Shown here: positions 39,151 through 48,598 of the stretch, piece by piece
How the letters are laid out: each line of letters begins with the position of its first letter
How positions within the stretch are numbered: the stretch's first letter is position 1
NCBI GenBank assembly: GCA_051859245.1
Contig: JBHYGA010000004.1
Coordinates: 416,001-480,000, forward strand
Source: Gemmatimonadaceae bacterium
Lineage (GTDB): Bacteria; Gemmatimonadota; Gemmatimonadetes; Gemmatimonadales; Gemmatimonadaceae
Reading direction: 5' to 3'
Length of the DNA stretch: 64,000 nucleotides
Notes under the pieces: model-generated
The model's input: only the letters and a program-made list of their open reading frames with translations
Databases searched by the model: none
Told to the model about the DNA's origin: nothing
Translations under genes and position numbers: made by a program

Positions 39151-39834
39151 GTGAAGCCATACGTCCGCCTCGCCGAAGCGCGAACACCCAAAGGATCAAC
39201 GCTCGCGTTGTACCGCCATGACGGCGCCTATCTGATACGCGCTGACGGCGTGGAGCTCATGTCCACGCGTCGTCATTTCTCGGAAGATCGATTGGCCGAG
39301 TTGGCGTGTGCGCCGTTTCGCGACAAGGCTGAGGCACGTGTGCTGATTGGTGGACTCGGACTTGGGTTCACCATGCGTGCCGCGCTGCTGCAGTTGAATA
39401 GCAGCGCGCGTGTGGTGGTCGCGGAGTTGTTGCCCGAAGTGATCGAGTGGAATGCGAATCCGGAGTACGGCATCTCGACCGAGTCCATGCGCGATCCGCG
39501 TGTGGAGATGGTGCAGGATGATGTGGTAAATGTGCTCAAGAACAATCGCGGCGGTTTTGACGCGATCATGCTGGATACCGACAACGGTCCGGACGGCATG
39601 TTGTTGTCGGAGAACGCGCCGCTGTACACGGCGCGCGGCATTACCACGACGATGGCAGCGCTACGACCGGGCGGTGTGATCGCGTACTGGTCGGTGGCGG
39701 ATGACCACAAGTTTGCGCGGTCCCTCAAACACGTGGGCTTGGAGCCCGAGGTTGTGCGGGTGCGCGCGCACGAGACGTCGGGGCCGATTCATACGCTCTA
39801 CATCGTGACGACGCCGCCGGCCGCTGCCCTGTAG
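39151..39834 (+). CDS. Spermidine synthase-like SAM-dependent methyltransferase
   Basis: ELMSTR, VLIGGLGLGFT, VAEL, FDAIMLDTDNGP. Confidence 0.88.
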   Translation: MKPYVRLAEARTPKGSTLALYRHDGAYLIRADGVELMSTRRHFSEDRLAELACAPFRDKAEARVLIGGLGLGFTMRAALLQLNSSARVVVAELLPEVIEWNANPEYGISTESMRDPRVEMVQDDVVNVLKNNRGGFDAIMLDTDNGPDGMLLSENAPLYTARGITTTMAALRPGGVIAYWSVADDHKFARSLKHVGLEPEVVRVRAHETSGPIHTLYIVTTPPAAAL

Positions 39835-39856
39835 TCCCGGCCGTCCCGGCCCCGGT

Positions 39857-39956
39857 CGGATGCCCCCACTTCGCGCCCACTGCCGGCCCGGGCGCGCCGG
39901 GAGCGGGCAAGCCCGCCCGGCGCTGGCCGACAGAAGGCGCGGCGTGGGGGCATCCG
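39857..39956. repeat. 100-nt GC-rich imperfect inverted repeat (long hairpin)
   Basis: CGGATGCCCCCAC (39857-69) pairs perfectly with GTGGGGGCATCCG (39944-56); inner stems CGCGCC/GGCGCG, CGGCC/GGCCG, GCGCCGG/CCGGCGC, GCGGG/CCCGC. Confidence 0.75.
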
Positions 39957-40099
39957 CGCGGGGCCTGCGGTGGTGCTGGGGCGGGGGGAGGAGCGCACCG
40001 GCACGCCCAGTCGTAGGCGGCCGCTGGCGTCACGCGATCCCGAAGCTCGGCGCCGCGCCTCGCCCACCTCGAGCTTTTCCCAGCCCCCACTCAGCAAAG

Positions 40100-40135
40100 T
40101 TGCAAACTCCTACTATTTCCTCCATATTGGAGGAA
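40100..40135 (+). promoter_or_regulatory. Putative sigma70 promoter with overlapping inverted-repeat operator for the TA operon
   Basis: TTGCAA-17 nt-CATATT; TTCCTCCA-tat-TGGAGGAA at 40117-40135. Confidence 0.65.
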
Positions 40136-40148
40136 TAACGGAGGATAG

Positions 40149-40379
40149 ATGGCCACGCTGAACATCAAGAATCTCGACGACGAGCTGTACCGCAAGCTGA
40201 AGGAGCGAGCCGAGGAACAGCATCGCTCGATCGCGCAGGAGGTCACGCACATTCTCGCGCAAACACTTCGTGCGGCACCCCCACGCTCCATCCTGGAGCT
40301 GGAAGGACTCGGCCGCGAGTTGTGGGTAGGTGTCGACGCAGCCGCACATGTCGCCGCTGAGCGCGACGCGTGGGATTGA
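40149..40379 (+). CDS. FitA-like ribbon-helix-helix antitoxin
   Basis: MATLNIKNLDDELYRKLKERA...RSIAQEV; GGAGG RBS. Confidence 0.88.
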   Translation: MATLNIKNLDDELYRKLKERAEEQHRSIAQEVTHILAQTLRAAPPRSILELEGLGRELWVGVDAAAHVAAERDAWD

Positions 40380-40816
40380 TCGATGTGGTCGGTGTTGGCC
40401 CGCTCGCGCTCGATACGGCCTGCTTCATCTATTTCGCTGAACAACATCCGAGCTACGCCGCGCTCCTCCGCCCACTTTTTGAAGCGGCGGATCAGGAGCG
40501 GCTTGTGTTGTGCACGTCGGCTTTGACGTTGCTGGAAGTGCTCGTCGTGCCGTACCGATCCAATCGCCCAGAGCTTGCGTCGCAATACGAGTCGTTGCTC
40601 ACCGAGAGTCGCGGAATACATCTGATTGCGATTGATCACGCACAGTTGCGAGTCGCGGCAGAGCTTCGCGCGCGATTCGCTGTTCGAACTCCAGACGCGA
40701 TGCAGCTCGCGGCCGCGATCTCGGCGCGTTGCTCTTGTTTTGTGACGAACGATAGACGATTGCCTGACGTGCCTGGGTTACAGGTTGTTCAGCTGAGCTC
40801 GTTGACCGGAGCATGA
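40370..40816 (+). CDS. vapC: PIN-domain (VapC-like) toxin
   Basis: LDTACFIY, TLLEVL, RTPDAMQLA, FVTNDRRL; overlaps the antitoxin gene. Confidence 0.88.
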   Translation: MGLIDVVGVGPLALDTACFIYFAEQHPSYAALLRPLFEAADQERLVLCTSALTLLEVLVVPYRSNRPELASQYESLLTESRGIHLIAIDHAQLRVAAELRARFAVRTPDAMQLAAAISARCSCFVTNDRRLPDVPGLQVVQLSSLTGA

Positions 40817-40913
40817 TGCGCGCTCAATGCGTGCAACCCGTCGAGTCAGTTGGGCAACCGATATTTGACGAGGTCACCGTGGCGACACCGCGTCCCCGTC
40901 GCCAGATTGCCGT

Positions 40914-41318
40914 ATGCCTAAACCTGAACTGCTCGAGAACTTTCCCAATCCGTACGCCGATCGCGACTACGAAATCGCGATCGAAACCACTGAGTTCACC
41001 TCGCTCTGCCCACTCGGCGGCATTGAGAGCGACGCCACCGAGCTCGACCTGCTCAAGGGCGGTGCGCCGGATTTTGCCACGATCCGGCTGAGCTACGTGC
41101 CCGATGTGAACTGCATCGAGCTCAAAAGCCTCAAGCTGTATTTCTGGAGCTTCCGCAACGACGGCATTTTTTACGAGCGTGCCGTGAACCGGATTCTTGA
41201 TGACCTCGTGGCCAAATGTGCCCCGCGTCGCATGACGGTGGTGGGCGACTTTAATGTGCGCGGCGGGCTCAAGAGCGTGATCACCGCGACCTGGCCGCCC
41301 ACGCCGGCGCGCGGCTAA
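40914..41318 (+). CDS. queF: NADPH-dependent 7-cyano-7-deazaguanine reductase (type I)
   Basis: LENFPNP, EFTSLCP...PDFATI, ELKSLKLY..SFRN, FNVRGG. Confidence 0.93.
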   Translation: MPKPELLENFPNPYADRDYEIAIETTEFTSLCPLGGIESDATELDLLKGGAPDFATIRLSYVPDVNCIELKSLKLYFWSFRNDGIFYERAVNRILDDLVAKCAPRRMTVVGDFNVRGGLKSVITATWPPTPARG

Positions 41319-41341
41319 GCCCCGCTTCCCACGCACACGCC

Positions 41342-42184
41342 ATGACCGCGCCGCCGCCGCTCACCTACGTTGAGTTTGCGCCCGGCAGCGCGGTGCAGGA
41401 CCTCGCGCTCACCTACTGGGGATTCACCGTCCGGGCGTTGCCTTGGGACGGTTTTCAGCATGTGGTCTGGCCCGACGGATGCCTCGTCATCTCGCTCGCG
41501 CTCATGCACGGCGAGCCGGTCGCCACACCCCTGGTGGGCCCGCGGCGCACGCCCCTCACCGTGCCGGTGCAGCCAGGCCTTCAATATTGGGGCGTACGCT
41601 TTCGCCCCGAAATGGGCGCGGCCTTCCTCGGCCGGCCGGCGCCGCAGCTGCGCGATCAGTCGGGACCCGCGCACCACTGGTTAGGTGCCGAACCGCTCCG
41701 CATGCTCACGCTCCGCGTGATGAGTGCGCTGGAGCCGTTTCCGCCGCTCAGCACCGGACCCGACGTGGAGGCCGCAGTGGGGCTGGCGCTCGACCGGTGG
41801 CTGTTCGATTCGGCCGACTCCACGATGCCGCCGGAACAGTGCGTGCGAGACGCTGTTAAGGCAATTGTCGCGACAGAAGGCGCGCAACAAATGGCCACAA
41901 TAGCAACAGTTGTGGGTGTAAGTCCGCGGCACCTCCAGCGATGCTTTAAGGAGGCGGTCGGACTGAGCCCCAAAGAGTACGCGCTGGTTCGGCGGGCCCG
42001 ACACGCGCTCAAGCGTATTGCCCTGGAAGACGCGAACGACGGCGCACTGGCCCGCGTGGCCGTAGAAACCGGCTTCGCAGACCAATCCCACCTCACCCGC
42101 GACTTCCAGCGGTTAATGAGCGGCGCGCCCGAGCAGCTTCGCATGCGCCTCGCCGCGATCGAGCACAGCGCGCTGCTGGACTGA
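41342..42184 (+). CDS. AraC family regulator with DUF6597-like N-terminus
   Basis: VWPDGC, GVRFRP, SPRHLQRCF...GLSPK, GFADQSHLTRDF. Confidence 0.92.
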   Translation: MTAPPPLTYVEFAPGSAVQDLALTYWGFTVRALPWDGFQHVVWPDGCLVISLALMHGEPVATPLVGPRRTPLTVPVQPGLQYWGVRFRPEMGAAFLGRPAPQLRDQSGPAHHWLGAEPLRMLTLRVMSALEPFPPLSTGPDVEAAVGLALDRWLFDSADSTMPPEQCVRDAVKAIVATEGAQQMATIATVVGVSPRHLQRCFKEAVGLSPKEYALVRRARHALKRIALEDANDGALARVAVETGFADQSHLTRDFQRLMSGAPEQLRMRLAAIEHSALLD

Positions 42185-42344
42185 CGCCAGTCCCGCCGAG
42201 TGCCCGATTCTGCGCGGCGGCAGCGAGTGCCCGATACGCGCCCACCGGCGTGCGGCGCGTGGCGCAATTGTTCAAGACGGGCGGTATTCCGACCGTTATC
42301 CTGCGCGCTGACTTGAGGTTCACCTAACGCATGAGGTCAGCGAC

Positions 42345-42920
42345 ATGAAGAATAGAGCGGCACGACGTTTAGCTTTCGTGGCTTTCGCGGGTTATCTAAT
42401 AGCAGCATCAACGAGTCATGCACAGAGCACTAACGGATCAGCAGACGCTGAGGTAGCGCAGGCTCAGAAGGCGATGGAGCGCGTCGCGTTCCTCGTCGGG
42501 GAATGGGAGGGCGAAGGCTGGATCATCCGCGGACCGGGACCACGAACTACATTCCGGCAGAAGGAAAGCATTGCCTACGGCGCGAACCGGACGGCCGTGA
42601 CGCTTCGGGGCGAGGGATCGGTGCTCGATTCCGCGTCGGGTCGTTGGCAGGTTGTCTTTGAAGCCGGTGGTCTGCTCACCTACGACGCCGCGGAAAAGCG
42701 CTACAAGATGCTCAACGTGGGAGGCAATGGACGCGCGCTTGCGCTCGAACCGGAGATCCGTGAGAACGGCATGACGTGGGGATTCGACCTGCCCGGCAGC
42801 CGGATCCGATACGTCATCTCCCACCCGCCCGACGGCACCTTTACGGAAATCGGCGAAATGTCATCCGACAACGGCGCCACCTGGCGGCAGTTCTTCTACA
42901 TGAAACTCCGTCGCCGTTAA
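42345..42920 (+). CDS. Secreted DUF1579-like beta-barrel protein
   Basis: Signal peptide; FLVGEWEGEG, GEMSSDNGATWRQFF. Confidence 0.7.
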   Translation: MKNRAARRLAFVAFAGYLIAASTSHAQSTNGSADAEVAQAQKAMERVAFLVGEWEGEGWIIRGPGPRTTFRQKESIAYGANRTAVTLRGEGSVLDSASGRWQVVFEAGGLLTYDAAEKRYKMLNVGGNGRALALEPEIRENGMTWGFDLPGSRIRYVISHPPDGTFTEIGEMSSDNGATWRQFFYMKLRRR

Positions 42921-42965
42921 AACGACGGTGACCGAACCGACCGGCCGGTCGGCTATCTTGCAAAG

Positions 42966-43487
42966 GTGACTGATCCCTTTGCTCCCGAATCCGACGCGGC
43001 GCAGCCGGCGTGGCGTCGCTGGATTGAAAACCCCAGATACATGCTCGTGCTCGCGGTGGTGGCCCTCGCCGCGGGCATCTGGATGAGCCGCAACGCCTCG
43101 CGCAACGCGGCCGCCCGCGCCGAACTCCCGCCGCCCGCCGACTGCCGGCGTTTTCCGGGCGCGTGTGCCAAGGATCTGCCGAGTGCGCCGCCGGCTGAAG
43201 TGGCATCGCTGCACGCGGAGGTCGCGTTTGCCGATTCCGCGTGGCGCGCTACGCTGGAGCGCGAGCGTCGATCGGGCGTGTTTCCCGACAAGGGACTCAC
43301 CGCCATGCGCGATGCGTTGGTAGCCACCGAGTCGGCGATTCTCGACGCGCGCGCGATTGTGCACGAGGCCGAGCAAACTGGAGATGCTGACGCACGCACG
43401 CGGGCACTCGAATCGCTAACGGTGGCGTATGAGAACAAGCGGGCGCTGTTGCTGCGCGCGCGCCGTTTGCTCGAGGAGGCGATCTGA
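42966..43487 (+). CDS. Hypothetical membrane-anchored protein, anti-sigma-like
   Basis: TM helix, then a helical domain ending AI...L..AYENKRALL; directly abuts the DUF4097-like gene. Confidence 0.55.
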   Translation: MTDPFAPESDAAQPAWRRWIENPRYMLVLAVVALAAGIWMSRNASRNAAARAELPPPADCRRFPGACAKDLPSAPPAEVASLHAEVAFADSAWRATLERERRSGVFPDKGLTAMRDALVATESAILDARAIVHEAEQTGDADARTRALESLTVAYENKRALLLRARRLLEEAI

Positions 43488-44539
43488 TGCGCGCGGCATT
43501 TGCATCGTTGTGTGCTTTTTCAATCGCAATCGCGGCAACGCCGAACGTTGCGGCCGCACAAAAACCCGTGAACGCCAGCGCGCGTGTCGCGCCCGGTTCC
43601 GTAATCCACCTGCGTTTGCAGAGTGGCTCCGTACGACTCTCCGGCTGGGAGCACGACTCTGTACATGTGAGCGGCATGCTCGCTCCCGGCGAGTCCTGGG
43701 CCATGCGCGCCGATGGTGACACAATGCGTTTGCGCGCCGAGGGAATTCCGCGCGGGCTCGCCGCACCGAGTGAGCTCGAGATTTTTGTGCCGCGACGTTC
43801 TGTACTCATTGTGCGTGCCGCTGCGGCGTCACTAGTCGTGCGCGACTTTGATCAAACGGTCGACGTTGCGACAGCGGCCGGCAACCTGCTCGTGGAAGCG
43901 GTGCGCGGAACTGTGCGCGCCGAAACGATGCAAGGCACGCTTACCGTACTTGGCCCGATACCGCGCGTTGAAGCGAGCACGGCCTCGGGTGCACTGCTCG
44001 TGAGCGTGCCCTACGATACGATCAACGACACCGTCTATGCTCGGCGCCGTGAAAGTGCGGCTGCGCCGAAAGAGCAACCATTTGGTGTGGTCGTACTGCG
44101 CAGTGTAAGCGGCCGCATCACATTCGATGCACCAGAGGTGGACAGCGCCGAGATTCACAACGTGCGTGGTGATGTGCGTGTGGTGACATCGCCGAGTGAT
44201 AGTGGGCGTGTGTATGTCACGTCGCACACGGGTCGTGTGACGGTGGGATGGACGCTTGATACACACGCACTCATTGATGCGATTACACAACGTGGTGGTG
44301 TGCGCGGACGTTTGGTGGCGTACGCGATGCCCGCGTCGTCTGCGCAGCCGTCGCCAATGCCGGGTGCTGAAGTGTCGATGGAAGTTGATGTGGAAACGTT
44401 GCTCACGAAAACGCCGTCGGGTGTTCGTGTGACGCATGCGCTGCGACGATTGCCCGATGCGCCGCTGTTTCCGATTCTGATTCGTGTGGTGCGCGGTGAC
44501 ATTGTGTTTGAGCGCGTGGACATTCGTCCGGCGCCGTAG
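43487..44539 (+). CDS. DUF4097-like beta-strand repeat (putative adhesin) protein
   Basis: SGSVRLSGW, ELEIFVP, repeated T..G/S..G strands; signal peptide. Confidence 0.7.
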   Translation: MRAAFASLCAFSIAIAATPNVAAAQKPVNASARVAPGSVIHLRLQSGSVRLSGWEHDSVHVSGMLAPGESWAMRADGDTMRLRAEGIPRGLAAPSELEIFVPRRSVLIVRAAAASLVVRDFDQTVDVATAAGNLLVEAVRGTVRAETMQGTLTVLGPIPRVEASTASGALLVSVPYDTINDTVYARRRESAAAPKEQPFGVVVLRSVSGRITFDAPEVDSAEIHNVRGDVRVVTSPSDSGRVYVTSHTGRVTVGWTLDTHALIDAITQRGGVRGRLVAYAMPASSAQPSPMPGAEVSMEVDVETLLTKTPSGVRVTHALRRLPDAPLFPILIRVVRGDIVFERVDIRPAP

Positions 44540-44675
44540 CGCAAAACGTGCGCGCCGCGGTCAATACGCCAAACGGGCAGCGCGCGCATCTGGTTGGGAC
44601 GGGACGATCTCGGGGGCTGGCGCACTCACTCCGGATCGCGCAGAATTTCCGTCCCCTTCCTACCGAGGAGATGCA

Positions 44676-45311
44676 ATGCGTGTGTTTCGCGTGCTGCCGT
44701 ATGTGATGGCGGTGGTGCTGTGCGTGCCGGCCGTGATGAGCGCACAAGGCCGACCAGCGGGTTGGTTAACACGATTTGACAAGGGCGAACACGCCGGTCA
44801 CGGCGCCGACTCGCTCGCGTTTCAGGACATGAAGCCCGGCTTTCATGTGACCACGGGGCCCGCAGCGATCCTGTGGCACCCCGACAGTTCAGCGCGCGGC
44901 GACTTTACGATTGAGTCGACGCTGCACCTGTTCGACACCAAGGGCCGTGACCGTGAAGGCTACGGCGTGATCGTTGGCGGACGTGATCTGAACGCTGACG
45001 CGCAGAGTTACACGTACTTTCTGCTCCGCAACGACGGCAAGTTCATTGTGAAGCAGCGCAAGGGTGCGGAGACGCCCACGGTGGCGCCCTGGACCGATCA
45101 CGCGTCGATCAACAAGTGGTCCACGTCGGCGGGATCAAGTGTGAAGAACGTGCTGGCGGTGAAGGCGACGGGCCCGACGGTGCAGTTTCTGGTGAACGGC
45201 CAGGTGGTGCACAGCGCGCCGCGTGCGACGGTGAATCCCGATGGCATTTTTGGCATTCGCGCCAACCACAGTGTGAACCTGCACGTGCAGACGATCGGTC
45301 GCGCGCCGTAG
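44676..45311 (+). CDS. Secreted concanavalin A-like (DUF1080-like) domain protein
   Basis: GAGGAG RBS; signal peptide; FHVTTGPA, EGYGVIVGG, YTYFLLR.DGKF, FLVNG. Confidence 0.7.
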   Translation: MRVFRVLPYVMAVVLCVPAVMSAQGRPAGWLTRFDKGEHAGHGADSLAFQDMKPGFHVTTGPAAILWHPDSSARGDFTIESTLHLFDTKGRDREGYGVIVGGRDLNADAQSYTYFLLRNDGKFIVKQRKGAETPTVAPWTDHASINKWSTSAGSSVKNVLAVKATGPTVQFLVNGQVVHSAPRATVNPDGIFGIRANHSVNLHVQTIGRAP

Positions 45312-45386
45312 GGCACTGGCAGGGGGAGGTCGAGGCGATTATGTATTGTGGATGGGCCGGTCGGCACAACCGACTGGCCCGTTGTT

Positions 45387-45459
<73 letters not shown>

Positions 45460-45493
45460 CTTCGAGCAAAAGCACGTCACATAACGACTACGC

Positions 45494-45525
45494 GAGCGGC
45501 GCCTGGGCTAATCCGGGCGCCGTTC
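45494..45525 (+). terminator. Hairpin downstream of the tRNA, probable terminator
   Basis: GAGCGGCGCCTGG / CCGGGCGCCGTTC 13-bp stem with two G-U pairs; weak U-tract. Confidence 0.55.
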
Positions 45526-45647
45526 TGCAATTTGCTCGCAAAACACTTTCGAAGAGGGAGATAGGCGGTCGCGAAGAGGGAGCTAGGCCCAGAGACTCGC
45601 GACTCAAGCGACAGCGGACGAAACGATGTCGCGTTCTCACAGTCGAG

Positions 45648-46805
45648 CTATTGCAAATACGACTCCGTCAACGCGACCCAGTATGCCGCGCCCTTCGGAA
45701 GGATCTCTTGGTTCAGCACAAACCGCGGGTGATGCACCATCGGCGTGTCGCCGTTGCCGAGGAAGCAGTACGTGCCCTTCTGCGCCTGCAGCATGAAGGC
45801 AAAGTCCTCCGACCCCAAGAACGTGGGGCCGGGATAGATGACCTCCGCATCGCCGAACGCGGCGCGCGCGATCTCAGCGGCCCGCCGCGTCTCGGACTCG
45901 TCGTTCACAAGGACCGCACCTGGCACTCCCTCGCGGATCTCCCAGGTGCAGCCGAACCCCTCGGCCTGCGATCGTGTAAGTGAGCGCACCTTACCGAGCA
46001 CCAACTCTCGGTCGGCGTCCGTCTTCGTGCGAATCGACAGCCGAAGGATTGCGCTCTGGGCGATCACGTTGCCGGCGTTCCCCGACAGAAATGCACCAAC
46101 GGTCACCACCGCGCTGTTGTGTGGTGAAACGTTGCGTGCCACGATGGACTGCAACGCCATCACGAGTGACGCGCCGGCAATCACGGGGTCGACACTGAGC
46201 TCGGGCATCGATCCATGTCCGCCCTTGCCCGTGAGCTCGATCTCCCAGTTGTCGACTGCTGCCATGACATCGCCATGTGCGAAATAGAGCTTGCCGAGCT
46301 CGAGTCCGGGCATGTTGTGCATGCCGAACACGGCGTCGACGGGAAAGCGCTCGAACAGGCCATCGCGAATCATCGCCGGCCCACCTTCCATCGTCTCTTC
46401 GCCCGGCTGGAAGATCAGCCGTACCGTGCCGTTAAAGTGCTTTGACTCGGCGAGGTACTTCCCGGCAGCGAGCAGCATCGTGGTGTGTCCGTCGTGGCCA
46501 CACAGGTGCGCGACATCCGCAACCTCGCTCCGATAAGCGAGATCGTTGACCTCTTCTATCGGCAACGCGTCGAAGTCCGCACGCAACCCAATGGCCTTTC
46601 CGCTGCTCCCAACCGTCATCGACGCGACGATGCCGTGCTTGCCCACTCCCGTCACAACCTCGTAGCCCCACGGCTCGAGGATGCTCGCGATGTACCGTGC
46701 CGTCTCCGTTTCGCGCATTGACAGTTCGGGATGGCGGTGCATGTGCTCGAACCACTGCGTCATCTGTTCGCGGTCGGTGCGCAGGGCGGAGAGAATGGCG
46801 TTCAT
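45648..46805 (-). CDS. M20D amidohydrolase (hippurate hydrolase-like)
   Basis: HRHPEL, LRADFDALP, HLCGHDGH, FQPGEE, GSEDF, HHP. Confidence 0.94.
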   Translation of the reverse strand: MNAILSALRTDREQMTQWFEHMHRHPELSMRETETARYIASILEPWGYEVVTGVGKHGIVASMTVGSSGKAIGLRADFDALPIEEVNDLAYRSEVADVAHLCGHDGHTTMLLAAGKYLAESKHFNGTVRLIFQPGEETMEGGPAMIRDGLFERFPVDAVFGMHNMPGLELGKLYFAHGDVMAAVDNWEIELTGKGGHGSMPELSVDPVIAGASLVMALQSIVARNVSPHNSAVVTVGAFLSGNAGNVIAQSAILRLSIRTKTDADRELVLGKVRSLTRSQAEGFGCTWEIREGVPGAVLVNDESETRRAAEIARAAFGDAEVIYPGPTFLGSEDFAFMLQAQKGTYCFLGNGDTPMVHHPRFVLNQEILPKGAAYWVALTESYLQ

Positions 46806-48361
46806 GCGCGTTCCCTCTTGGGAGAAGCCGAGTCGCTTTCGTACCCCGATGCCGGAAGACCGGTCGACAAGTTCGCGTCGAGCGCGCTCTCGTCGTCGCG
46901 TCGCGGCCGCGCGGGGATTGTGAGTCGGATGGATACGATTGCCGCCACGACCATCAGCAAGTTGATCGCAAGTGCGAAAAACGCGGCTTGACGGATCGCG
47001 AGGTTGTCCTGTCGGCCCACGTAGCTAATCACGCCCTCGATCCAGGTGACCGAGTCGTTGCTACCGCTCAATGCAGTAAAGATTGTAGCGGAGATCGCAA
47101 CGCCAAACGATGCGCCGAGCGACGACGCCATCTTGTAGAGGCCAGCGCCGCTCCCGGCTTTGTCGTCCGGCAAGGCCGACAGCGCGGCATCGGTCGACGG
47201 CGTCGCGTAAAACGCGAGTCCGAGACCGAACAGCGTGAAGCCCACGACGGTAAGGATCTTGTACGTCCCGAGCATCACGTTGGTCGGCATCAGACACGCG
47301 ATGGACGCACCGACGATCAACGAGCCCCATATCATCGGTCGCCGCGGACCGAAACGCTGCAGCAGTTTCTCGCCGACTCGGATGAATGCCACGATGGCGA
47401 TGGCGTAGCCTATGGTGAGGAAGCCTGCCTGTTGCGCCGACATCCCACCTCCCGCCTGCACGAGCATCATGGCTACGATCAAAATGCCTGCGGTGGCATT
47501 GAGCAGGAAGTTTGATATCGTCGCGCCGGTGTACGTCATGTTGCGGAACAGCGCAAAATCGACGAAGGCATGTGGGTTGCCGGACTCGATCCTGAAGAAC
47601 AGTCCGCCGAAGACGATGGTGGCGGCAAGCAATCCTAGAGCGGGGACGCTCGTCCACCCGAGACTTGCTCCCTGCGTCGCAAAGATCTGCAACGCGACCA
47701 TCGAGCCCATGAACGTCAGCACGCCCGCTGTGTCGAAGCGGTAGGCCCCTTTCGAAGCGGCACGGCTCTCAGGAGTTCCAGCCACCATGAGCATGCCGAG
47801 CAAGGACAGAGCGGCTCCCGCAAAGAAAATCCAGCGCCAGCCAACGTTTTCGGCCATGAGGCCGCCAAACAGCGCCGCGAATCCCGAACCGCCCCAGGAC
47901 CCCATCGACCAAAGGGAGACGGCACGCTGACGTGCCGCGCCGGTCCAGTACGCTTTTACGAGCGCCAAACTCGCGGACATGATGAAGGCGCCCGAAAGGC
48001 CCTGCAGAATGCGCCCGAACATCAAGAACGTAGTGGCCAACCGACCGGACGGCGCCGCGCCAACCAGCACCGAGCCGGCAATACTGAGCGCGAAGCCGAT
48101 TTGCACAATCTTCACGCGGCCAAATCGGTCTGCGAGGCTTCCAACGACAACGATAAAGATGCCGGAGAACAGCGCCGTGATCGACACGGCGATGTTCATG
48201 ACACTCGTCTCGATGCCGAGGTCCTGCGCCATGACCGGCGAGATGTTCAGCGTCGTCTGCGCAAAGAGCCAGAACGCGAGCACGCCGAAGATGATGCCGA
48301 AGAGAACGCGGTCGTTCCCGACGAAGCTGACGTCGCGGTGCCGAGCGGTGGGGAGATCCAT
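46802..48361 (-). CDS. DHA2 MFS transporter, NorB/NorC-like
   Basis: GNDRVLFGIIFGVLAFWLFAQ, GSLADRFGR, RQRAVSLWSMGSWGGSG, YKMASSLG; stop overlaps the M20 start. Confidence 0.9.
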   Translation of the reverse strand: MDLPTARHRDVSFVGNDRVLFGIIFGVLAFWLFAQTTLNISPVMAQDLGIETSVMNIAVSITALFSGIFIVVVGSLADRFGRVKIVQIGFALSIAGSVLVGAAPSGRLATTFLMFGRILQGLSGAFIMSASLALVKAYWTGAARQRAVSLWSMGSWGGSGFAALFGGLMAENVGWRWIFFAGAALSLLGMLMVAGTPESRAASKGAYRFDTAGVLTFMGSMVALQIFATQGASLGWTSVPALGLLAATIVFGGLFFRIESGNPHAFVDFALFRNMTYTGATISNFLLNATAGILIVAMMLVQAGGGMSAQQAGFLTIGYAIAIVAFIRVGEKLLQRFGPRRPMIWGSLIVGASIACLMPTNVMLGTYKILTVVGFTLFGLGLAFYATPSTDAALSALPDDKAGSGAGLYKMASSLGASFGVAISATIFTALSGSNDSVTWIEGVISYVGRQDNLAIRQAAFFALAINLLMVVAAIVSIRLTIPARPRRDDESALDANLSTGLPASGYESDSASPKRERA

Positions 48362-48598
48362 GGTGTAGCGCTCCGCGGTGAACGCCTGCCGGGAGGTGCG
48401 TGGAACCCGATGCCTCCCGAAGATGCCCATTCCGCTGGAAACCGCAAGCGTGAGATGCCTTCGTGGGGAGGGACGCCTTCCGATCTTTCACGAAAGCACA
48501 CGGATGAGCACATTTTCGCGGACGGGCGTGCCGACAACGGCAAGTGAAGCGACTCAGCCCCGGGTGACGATGGGAATCACGCACACCGAAATCCAGCG

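Noticed and set aside
39857..39956. SRP (4.5S) RNA assignment for the long hairpin
   Set aside because: Lacks the conserved CAGG/GGAA/AGCAG domain on both strands.
40817..40913. preQ1 riboswitch upstream of queF
   Set aside because: No class I stem with A-rich tail, and no other preQ1 consensus recognised.
45481..45490. ATAACGACTA after the tRNA, identical to 53925-53934
   Set aside because: Only 10 bp and half of the operator palindrome; not part of the tRNA 3' end, so not credible as an att site.
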